A program made the translations under genes and the position numbers. A DNA stretch of 64,000 nt from Candidatus Bathyarchaeota archaeon (GTDB lineage: Archaea; Thermoproteota; Bathyarchaeia; Bathyarchaeales; Bathycorpusculaceae). The notes beneath the pieces are model-generated. The model was not told the DNA's origin and did no database searches. It saw only the letters and a program-made list of their open reading frames with translations. The DNA lies in the NCBI GenBank assembly GCA_963780185.1, contig CAWABA010000009.1:231120-295119 (forward strand). Direction: 5' to 3'. Of the stretch, positions 19,944-27,285 are shown piece after piece; positions within the stretch are counted from its first letter, which is position 1; the number at the start of each line of letters is the position of its first letter.

Positions 19944-20300
19944 TTGGCGCCGATTTTGATCGATCAAAACATGCCAAAACGCGTCAGGGATTGGCTAAAA
20001 CAGAAAGGTTTCGTAACAGCTATTTTAGCTGATGTTAACCTCAGAGGTGCGGCAGATAAGAAGATAGCCGAATTCGCTGTGCAAAACGGCATGACAGTTC
20101 TAACCCAAGACGCGGATTTTGCCAAGCTATATCATGCTCTTTACCGGTGCAAACTTGCGGTCATTCTTGTCAGAACCAAAGAGGGAACCGCCCAAAGCAT
20201 CATCCAAGCGCTTAGCGCCGCCATACCTAGAATTGACCTCAAAAACACTCAAAATACACTCGTAATAATCACAAAAAGAAGAATTCGAGTAATCTCTTAA
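19944..20300 (+). CDS. DUF5615 PIN-like toxin (VapC45/Mut7-C-like)
   Basis: ILIDQNMP, GAADKKI and VLTQDADF; directly after DUF433. Confidence 0.85.
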   Translation: MAPILIDQNMPKRVRDWLKQKGFVTAILADVNLRGAADKKIAEFAVQNGMTVLTQDADFAKLYHALYRCKLAVILVRTKEGTAQSIIQALSAAIPRIDLKNTQNTLVIITKRRIRVIS

Positions 20301-20376
20301 TAGAACTTACCCTCTTGAGGCTGATTGCTATCAACGTGCTCCTGAGAGAATAGCTTAACCTGAAGCGGAAGTAGAT

Positions 20377-20667
20377 TTACCCGAATTTTTTGAGCACTTT
20401 CCGTCCTAAATCGGTTATTTCAACGGCGTAGAACTCGTAGGGCCCCATTCTTTTTGGAGTTTCAAGTATGTCGATGAGCTTGGCTTTTGAGAGGTGCCTC
20501 ACTGCGTCGTTTAGGGCTTCAGGCATCAAACCTGTCTTTTTATGTACGAGGTCTACTTTCACCAACAGACCTGCCTCAAATTGAGATAGTGCGACAAGAA
20601 CCTGTTTGGATGACTGGTCAAGTATGTCGAAATCGTCTTGTTCAAAATCTTCAACCACACAAAACAC
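20377..20667 (-). CDS. Small winged-helix-like protein
   Basis: LNDAVRHLSKAKLI...VEITDLGRKVL. Confidence 0.6.
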   Translation of the reverse strand: MFCVVEDFEQDDFDILDQSSKQVLVALSQFEAGLLVKVDLVHKKTGLMPEALNDAVRHLSKAKLIDILETPKRMGPYEFYAVEITDLGRKVLKKFG

Positions 20668-20861
20668 CTACCTCTAACCATATAGTCTTTACATAAAAAC
20701 CGATTGAAAATTCAGCGGTCGAGTTTGTTCGCTCGCGCAACATCTAAACCTATTTCAAGGAGCTCCTAAAAACAAAAACTAACTGAATATCGTTTGAACG
20801 TTTAGAACCATTTGGCGTTTTCAACGGGTTTATTGGTGTAGCATGAACGAATCTAGTTTAA

Positions 20862-21531
20862 CTATTGCTTCGAAGTGCTGTCACCAAAAGTAATAGTAAA
20901 GTTAAATGAGTTTTTAGTGCTAGTTGCCGCTTGAATGTTATGTATTCTTTGTTCTATAGTCGGATGGGTTTGAGGCATCAATTTAGAAATCAAACTTGTT
21001 TTTTGTGGACGAAGCCTCGCCAGGGCAGATATCATGGCGGCTCCATTAACGAATTCGGCGGCACTAAGGTCAGATTCAGTTTCTTGTTTTCTAAACCATT
21101 TTGCGTTAACATAATACGAACCAAACAAAAAGAAAAAGAAAGACAGAACCACCGCCGTTGCGAGGAATAGAAATGAGGCAGATTTAATAAAAAACAGGAA
21201 ACCTGTCACAACAGCAAGCACTAAAGCGGGAAGAACCGTTCGAGGTAACCTCTTTGCAATATGCCTTTTTGCTATGTGATTAAATTCGTGGGCGCCAACA
21301 GCAAGAACCTCATCAGGCGAAAGCATTTGGTAATAATTAGAGTTAAAGACAAGTGCATCAGAGTAGGCTAAGCAAGGAATGGGAAGAATACTCGATTTGT
21401 AATAGCGGTGGAACTTATCTTTTTTGAGAATTGAAGTTGCTTTCATACTCTCTGCCTAGTATGTCAAGTGCTTGCATTTCAAATGGTTGTGCTCTAAGCA
21501 GCCGCACCATAATTGAGCTTATTAATCCCAT
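20862..21531 (-). CDS. M48 (HtpX-like) Zn metallopeptidase, probable 5' frameshift
   Basis: AVGAHEFNH, QETESD and THPTIEQRI; upstream ATG at 21531 is out of frame with the 21446 ORF. Confidence 0.75.
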
Positions 21532-21739
21532 TTTCTATCATTCAAACGATTGATAGTTACTATTACAGGGGCTTGTCTTTTAAGAGCGTGTGTGTTGCAA
21601 AAAGCAACGAATTCGTAAAAAATGACAACGACGAAGTCTCATGGTACCGCAAGCCTAAGATGGAATAAAGAGATGCAAAGCCTAAATAAAACAGTAGCAT
21701 CACCTTAAACACCGTGTGCTAGAGTTTTTTGGTGGAAAA

Positions 21740-21818
21740 GGGCTCGTAGCCTAGCACGGATTAAGGTGTCGGCCTTCGGAGCCGGAGATCGTGGGTTCAA
21801 ATCCCACCGGGCCCGCCA
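21740..21818 (+). tRNA. tRNA-Arg(TCG), intronless, CCA encoded
   Basis: GGGCTCGTAGCCTAG...TCGGC-CTTCGGA-GCCGG...GGTTCAAATCC...CGGGCCCG-CCA. Confidence 0.97.
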
Positions 21819-21953
21819 TAACAACTATTTCTTCAAGAACCGTAGTTTTTCCCCACAATTAGTGAATGGGTAAAATGGCATGTATGACCTAAAAAAAAGA
21901 AAAAAGGGCTCAACAGAACAAATTGCTTAAAATTATGTTACTGTTTGGTTGGT

Positions 21954-22079
21954 TTATAGCCCGTCTACTAGGTGGGCTGTTCCGTCTGGGCAGTAGACGC
22001 AATTGCCTTTTTCAACTATGCAAAAGCGCCTAATGCATGCTTTCATTTGCGAACATCCGTCGCAGTCTCTTGACAACAA
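21954..22079 (-). CDS. 41-aa Cys-rich micro-protein
   Basis: AGGAGG RBS and TTG start; MLSRDCDGCSQMKACIRRFCIVEKGNCVYCPDGTAHLVDGL*. Confidence 0.6.
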   Translation of the reverse strand: MLSRDCDGCSQMKACIRRFCIVEKGNCVYCPDGTAHLVDGL

Positions 22080-22429
22080 TTTCTTTTCCTCCTATCATTA
22101 TTGAGATTTTTGATTTTTTGGGACCGCCCTTGCGCATTTTACGCATGGGCTCTATGTCTCTGATAGAGCTAAGCAGAATAGCAAAAGCGTCTCTTAAACT
22201 TTGTTGTCACATCTAAAGCAAACTTTTAAGATGCAAATTTTCGCAATCAAAACGGAAAAACGCTTTTTTTGTTGACGGGGTGCAAAACTGGGGCTTGTGG
22301 TTTTTCTTTTTGTTGATTTGGCTTTACTTTTGTTGTTTAAGTGTTGTACTGGGCATCCATTATTGTATTAAGTCGTAAGGTTTAATATGTGCTGAATGGT
22401 GAAGACAACAGTCAAACGGCTGTGAAAAA

Positions 22430-22909
22430 ATGACCAATGAAAAAAGATCAAAAAAACTCCTCATCACCGCAACAACATTGACCGTTGTAACCTTAGCCAT
22501 AATCGTATCAGTCTACGCTGTTGCAATACTTGGGACATTCCAAGGCGGTACAGTAAGTGTAGGCGGCGTCTCTTCAGGCACAATCAGCTACAGCTCCGAC
22601 AACACTGTTGGCGGAACATGGGCGCCGTCCCTTCAAGTAAGCAGTTCAACAGATCCGTGGTACGCAAAAATTCAAGTCAGCGGCTACACAGGACCCGTAA
22701 CTATAACTTGGCAGCTTCAGGTTCAATCGGCGCCTTCAACTTGGACAAATGTGCCTGGCGCCGCCGTGACAACAACGACATCGCTGACTGGAACCTCTCA
22801 AACAATCTATGCCTCAACCGACGGCTCAATAGGGTCAAACCAGAATTGGGGAAGCGACTGCTCAACGAACGGAACCTACAGCATCACCGTAACTGTTGAC
22901 TCAGCATAA
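22430..22909 (+). CDS. Secreted Ser/Thr-rich beta-sandwich protein
   Basis: Signal peptide ending SVYA; beta-strand-like S/T/V/W pattern; no C-terminal anchor. Confidence 0.75.
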   Translation: MTNEKRSKKLLITATTLTVVTLAIIVSVYAVAILGTFQGGTVSVGGVSSGTISYSSDNTVGGTWAPSLQVSSSTDPWYAKIQVSGYTGPVTITWQLQVQSAPSTWTNVPGAAVTTTTSLTGTSQTIYASTDGSIGSNQNWGSDCSTNGTYSITVTVDSA

Positions 22910-22969
22910 TATAGATGCTGGCTCAACAAATTTTTTTAACCCACCCAACAAATAACTGTAGGGAAAAAC

Positions 22970-23446
22970 TTGGTTCCACTCCAAACCGAAGCATTAACTG
23001 CCGCAACCATCACATTAATCGCTGCAATCCTAACCATCTACGTCGCAGTCCTCAAACGGAACGGCTGGATAGGCAAACCCCCAGCTTCTAATCAGCCGAG
23101 CTCCCAGCTCCGAAAAATGTTCCAAACCAAGGGGAACTCGGCGAAAAATCAAACTCCTATGACTATTGAAACCGCCCTTTCCGCAGGCGACGAAGCCGCG
23201 AAAGAAGCTGAGGAGAAGGCGGATGCGCAGGAAACGGAAAAGAGGCTGCTGGTGAGGCAGAAATTGGTTGAGGCGCAAAGGTTGGTTGAAGCACAGAAAT
23301 CTGTCAAAACCAAAAATCAGCGTCCCAGATGCATCCATTATTTTGGTTACCTCAACACTCTTCCAAGAGGCACAGAGGTTCCAGGCGAATGCCTACTATG
23401 CGCCAAACTGGTTGAATGCTACAAAGAAAAGAAGATAAGGCTCTAA
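22970..23446 (+). CDS. Membrane-anchored protein with C-terminal Cys/His metal-binding motif
   Basis: N-terminal TM; CIHYFGYL...PGECLLCAKLVEC. Confidence 0.7.
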   Translation: MVPLQTEALTAATITLIAAILTIYVAVLKRNGWIGKPPASNQPSSQLRKMFQTKGNSAKNQTPMTIETALSAGDEAAKEAEEKADAQETEKRLLVRQKLVEAQRLVEAQKSVKTKNQRPRCIHYFGYLNTLPRGTEVPGECLLCAKLVECYKEKKIRL

Positions 23447-23523
23447 GCCTCCAAAACCAGAACCTGCATTTTGCTTTAGACCCGTTTGTGTTTTTTCGTA
23501 GGGGCACCCGATAGGAGGGCAAA

Positions 23524-23557
23524 CCATATACGGATTCCATATACACTTCCCATATAC
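23524..23557 (+). promoter_or_regulatory. Three CCATATAC octamers at 13-bp period, putative RHH operator
   Basis: Copies start at 23524, 23537 and 23550, just upstream of the start at 23575. Confidence 0.5.
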
Positions 23558-23574
23558 ACGGAGAGAGAAAACGC

Positions 23575-23910
23575 TTGCCAAGACCCGTTAGAACCTTCAG
23601 GTTTGACCTTCAAGTCTACTCAGATTTCAAAGCTTTAGCTTCAAAAAACGGTTACACCGTGACAGCTGCACTTGAAAAATTCATGTCCAGCGCAATCCAG
23701 TTTGGGTTAGTTTTCCCCTCGGCGAAAGCGGAAGCCCAAGAAGCAGAGGCGCGGATAATGCTGGCATGGCTCAAAGAAGGCAAATACTGGGTAAACCTCG
23801 GAGACAAAGCCGAAACAAGCACAAGAGGACGGCTATTGCTGCTCTTGCCAAAAGTTGAAGATGCCGACTTAAGAAAAGACATCGAAGAAACCCTGAAAAA
23901 GATAGCTTAG
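23575..23910 (+). CDS. Ribbon-helix-helix DNA-binding protein
   Basis: PVRTFRFDLQVYSDFKALASKNGYTVTAALEKFM (strand-helix-G-helix pattern). Confidence 0.7.
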   Translation: MPRPVRTFRFDLQVYSDFKALASKNGYTVTAALEKFMSSAIQFGLVFPSAKAEAQEAEARIMLAWLKEGKYWVNLGDKAETSTRGRLLLLLPKVEDADLRKDIEETLKKIA

Positions 23911-24026
23911 CTTCTTGTTTTGCACTTTGACGGCAGCGGCATGCTTCATTTCAAGTTGATGTGCAGGACAGAAAAACTAAATATCCAACATGCAACAGAC
24001 ATTGTTAACCGTGGGAAAAGCATGTC

Positions 24027-24260
24027 GTGATTTGCATGGAAGAAATTGCAGACAGAATAGTTATTGATCCCGACGTTATGGTGGGAAAGCCCGTAATTAA
24101 GGGAACCCGTATCCCAGTTTACCTCCTTGTTGAGTTTGTAGCAAACGGCATGACAGAAAAAGAAATTCTAAAAGAGTACCCCCCGCTGAAAAAGGAAGAC
24201 ATCAAAGCCGCCCTTCTTTACGCCTCAAAGCATGGCGACCCAGTCCCAATCGAAACGTAA
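24027..24260 (+). CDS. DUF433 protein (orphan; no adjacent PIN toxin)
   Basis: RIVIDPDVMVGKPVIKGTRIPV...EDIKAALLYA; paralog of the 19698 gene. Confidence 0.88.
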   Translation: MICMEEIADRIVIDPDVMVGKPVIKGTRIPVYLLVEFVANGMTEKEILKEYPPLKKEDIKAALLYASKHGDPVPIET

Positions 24261-24265
24261 TACAA

Positions 24266-24333
24266 CTTCTGCCAAAATTGAAAACGCCAAACTAAGGACG
24301 GGCCTCGAAGAAACGCTAAAGAAGATGCCCTAA
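24266..24333 (+). pseudogene. Diverged duplicate of the RHH gene's 3' end
   Basis: Reads LLPK(I)ENAKLRTGLEETLKKMP* (1 indel) versus LLPKVEDADLRKDIEETLKKIA* at the end of 23575-23910. Confidence 0.65.
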
Positions 24334-24392
24334 CCCTTATTTTACTTGGTTCTCTGGCAACTTGCCAACATCCTCGAACCTAAATTAGTTTG

Positions 24393-25619
24393 TTACGTGT
24401 AGTTCCTTCTGAGGCAAGATGAGACAACGGGATCAACGAGAACATATAGTCCGCGGTCTGCCAATCTGATGACGTCAAACTTCACAAGTTGCTCGAGATA
24501 GAATTGAATGTAGTTCTGAGTCTTGTGAACTCTCCTCGCAAGTTCAGACGCCTCAATGGGATTGTCTACCTTCGCCATTTCCTTAACGATTTTCTTTAAC
24601 AAGGGCCCTCCTTTGGCCGAGTTGAGATCTTCTGCTAAAACATAGTTAGTGTATATGTACAAAGTTCCCGCTGAGGGGGAAATCAATTCGTCGAAGATTT
24701 TAAGAAGCGGAGCTTTGCCATCCCAGTGCTGAGCCATTACTGTGAGGTAGAAAGGGTTGCCGCCCACGATTTTCACGGCTTCAAGAGACTGCTCGCCAAG
24801 TTCTTGTCCACCCAGTTTGTTGTCTGGGTTTCTTTTTTGGAAGACAGTGCTAAAGAGTTCTTGGGCATAAACGGTTTCAAGATCCTTCACATCTTCAACA
24901 ATAAAGTGTTGATAGAGAGGAGAATCTTCACAGTCAAGCATATTTCTCAGCATATGAACTTTCGACCCGCTTACCACATGAGCTACATTTCCTCTCGTTT
25001 GAAGGACGCCCCTGTAAAGGCTGACGATATCCGTGATACCCGCAAAATTGTTTAGTTTTACCAGATCCTGAAATTCATCAAGCATCAAGATTACACGTTT
25101 TCCAGATTTCTCCGCAACTACATCAGCTGTCTTAAACACCGATCGGAACTGACTTGCATAGTTATGCTTTTTTTGGTCCTTTTCCTCACCAAAATGAATT
25201 TTAGGAGTTATAGTTCCATCCGGGGAAATTTCGACGCCCACTTCATCAACGTAGCTAACCACTTCTGAGATTTTATCTATAAGAAGATTTTTTGCTTCGG
25301 ATAGTTTGATTTTTGTTCGTTGAAATCTGCCTATGTGGTTCTTGTACTCGTCCAGAATCTCCTTTTCAAGGTCCGTTAGAAAAGACTGCGGGTCAGCCAT
25401 CCTTTCCTTTACGTCAAAGTAAATCACTATAAATCCATTTTTCTCAAGCACTTCCTTTACCTTGCCAAGGATCGATGTTTTCCCAACTCTTCTGTACCCG
25501 ATGAGGGCGAAGCTAGACTGAATGTTGAGGTTAGAAAGATCCGTGACTAGTTTGTCTACTATGTCTTTTCTATCTATGAGAAATTCGGGTGGAACTGGTT
25601 TTCCTATAAACAACATCAA
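24393..25619 (-). CDS. Archaeal ATPase (ATPase_2/STAND-like) with C-terminal wHTH
   Basis: FLIDRKD, Walker A GYRRVGKTS, Walker B LMLDEFQ, SGS, GGNPFY and ASELARRV..YLEQLVKFDVI. Confidence 0.88.
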   Translation of the reverse strand: MMLFIGKPVPPEFLIDRKDIVDKLVTDLSNLNIQSSFALIGYRRVGKTSILGKVKEVLEKNGFIVIYFDVKERMADPQSFLTDLEKEILDEYKNHIGRFQRTKIKLSEAKNLLIDKISEVVSYVDEVGVEISPDGTITPKIHFGEEKDQKKHNYASQFRSVFKTADVVAEKSGKRVILMLDEFQDLVKLNNFAGITDIVSLYRGVLQTRGNVAHVVSGSKVHMLRNMLDCEDSPLYQHFIVEDVKDLETVYAQELFSTVFQKRNPDNKLGGQELGEQSLEAVKIVGGNPFYLTVMAQHWDGKAPLLKIFDELISPSAGTLYIYTNYVLAEDLNSAKGGPLLKKIVKEMAKVDNPIEASELARRVHKTQNYIQFYLEQLVKFDVIRLADRGLYVLVDPVVSSCLRRNYT

Positions 25620-25633
25620 GACCTGTTTGGGTA

Positions 25634-25775
25634 ATTAAAGCGATTGATTTATAAAGCTTGTGCTTTAATGACGCGCACAGGTCACCCAGCCAATGTTTTT
25701 AATGACCCCCACAGAGTCAAGAATTAATCATCGGCACTGATTAAAGCAAATGATTTATAAATCAATTGCTTTAAT
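25634..25775. promoter_or_regulatory. Two 36-bp pseudo-palindromes ATTAAAGC-N6-TTTATAAA-N6-GCTTTAAT
   Basis: 25634-25669 and 25740-25775; the first is centred about 30 bp upstream of the ATPase start. Confidence 0.65.
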
Positions 25776-25818
25776 GTGGCTGGCAAATGGCTTTGATTTT
25801 AGGTTTTGGGGTTAAAAT

Positions 25819-26460
25819 TTAATTTTCTTCTTCCGTTTCGTTGTCTTGTGGTTCTTGGTTTTCTTCTTGTTCTGCCTGTTCTTTCGGAGGGGCGGCTTCT
25901 GTTTTTTGGGTTTCGCTGGTTAGCAGCATGTTGATTAGGGCTTTCTGGTCTACTTCTGCCCGTGTTCGCCAGTCAAGGTACAGTTGTCCGTTGTCGTCTT
26001 GTCCGAGGTAGCCGTAGCGGATGTAGCGTTCAAGGTTTAAGCCGATTTTCCAGTTCGGCATTTTTTCAGCGAGCAGTTTTTCAACATCTTTGCGTGCCGC
26101 TTGCCCTTTCTTGCTGATTATGAACGAAATCGTTATGGCTAACCCTGCTAAATCGTCGATGCGCCAGCCAATCAGCTTGTCTTTGGTCGCCAAGTCGCCG
26201 CGCAGTGCCACGTAAAACCTTGCCTTGTCCAGCTCCTCCAGTGTTGGTTTCTCAGGGGTTTTTTCTTCTTCGAAAACGGTTTTAACCTGCAGGTCAAGCG
26301 GTTTGAGGTAGTCGTCAAGTAAATCGAGGACTTTGGGGTAGTCTGAGCCCAACGCCTTGTGCAGTTCGGCGCCTCGGACGCCTGGTTTCTGGTGCCGTTT
26401 GTAGAAGAGCATCTGTGTTGCTTTCTTGATTTTGCCACCGTAAACGCCTCTTTTACTCAT
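25819..26460 (-). CDS. KITE-like tandem winged-helix protein (ScpB/Nse1/Nse3-like)
   Basis: 213 aa, two WH-like halves; LERYIRYGYL...LYLDWRTRAEV resembles the KITE second WH; start abuts the upstream stop. Confidence 0.6.
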   Translation of the reverse strand: MSKRGVYGGKIKKATQMLFYKRHQKPGVRGAELHKALGSDYPKVLDLLDDYLKPLDLQVKTVFEEEKTPEKPTLEELDKARFYVALRGDLATKDKLIGWRIDDLAGLAITISFIISKKGQAARKDVEKLLAEKMPNWKIGLNLERYIRYGYLGQDDNGQLYLDWRTRAEVDQKALINMLLTSETQKTEAAPPKEQAEQEENQEPQDNETEEEN

Positions 26461-27285
26461 CTAGTTTGCCTCCTTCCATTTCCGCCAATCTTCAATCGAA
26501 ACCGCGATGGCAACCGATGCTGACTGCTGTGTTAAGGGTTCGATTCTGGGTTCTTGGTATGGGATTATGAAGACGAGTTCTTCAAGTCGGTCGATTTCCA
26601 ATGTTGCGAACCCGTAAGTGATTAAAAAGCTGGTTAAGAATGCTTTTTGGACGGTTTGTTCGTAGGTGTCTGCGCCGATGAAGTCCCAGTAGTTGACTTT
26701 GCCGTCTTTGCCTTTGGCGGCGACGCAGTCCTTTAGTTCCTGCCAAAGAGTGCTGAGTTCAACGGAGAATTCTTTGTCGCTGAGGATACGCGCCTTTATC
26801 AGTTCGTCTCGGCTTGTATATGCGTTAGAGACTTCCGTGGCTTCAAAGTTTTTCCATCTTTCGCTTATAGGCGCCAACGCTTCCCAGTACAGAAGCCCCT
26901 GCGCCAGCGTGTTTAGGCTGATTGATTCAAACTCTAAAACCGGGTTCCAAGCTTGAAGGAAAATGTCGACCATTTCCTGTTTGCCAATCTGCAGGATTTT
27001 TTCTTCCATAAGAAACGGGTCGGTGTAAAGGGCTGTGCTGCGTTGTTTTACCCATTCGCTTTGGATTTTGATGACTGTGGCTAAGTGATGCAGGGTTTCA
27101 GCGTCAAGCCGAAGCTCCTCGGGGTTTTGCCAATGCGGAAAATACTGTTTAACAACCGCTATGATTTCGTCGATGTTTAGTGTGAAGGGTTCGGTTTGGC
27201 GGGTTTCGATGGCGACGCACATTTCGATGATGCGTTCAAGCCGTTCTGTGCCAAGCGCTTTTGTGGCTTCTTTGGCTTTCTGCAT
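26461..27285 (-). CDS. Kleisin-like protein (ScpA/Nse4-like)
   Basis: N-term EPFTLNIDEII...LATVIKIQSEWV resembles ScpA (DPWDIDI...AA.LL.IKS); C-term TVQKAFLTSFLITYGFATLE resembles the kleisin C-WH; TGATG overlap with the SMC stop. Confidence 0.65.
   Translation of the reverse strand: MQKAKEATKALGTERLERIIEMCVAIETRQTEPFTLNIDEIIAVVKQYFPHWQNPEELRLDAETLHHLATVIKIQSEWVKQRSTALYTDPFLMEEKILQIGKQEMVDIFLQAWNPVLEFESISLNTLAQGLLYWEALAPISERWKNFEATEVSNAYTSRDELIKARILSDKEFSVELSTLWQELKDCVAAKGKDGKVNYWDFIGADTYEQTVQKAFLTSFLITYGFATLEIDRLEELVFIIPYQEPRIEPLTQQSASVAIAVSIEDWRKWKEAN

Noticed and set aside
19186-25800. tRNA-anchored provirus or island with att duplication
   Set aside because: No duplicated 3' end of either tRNA and no viral or integrase genes were seen
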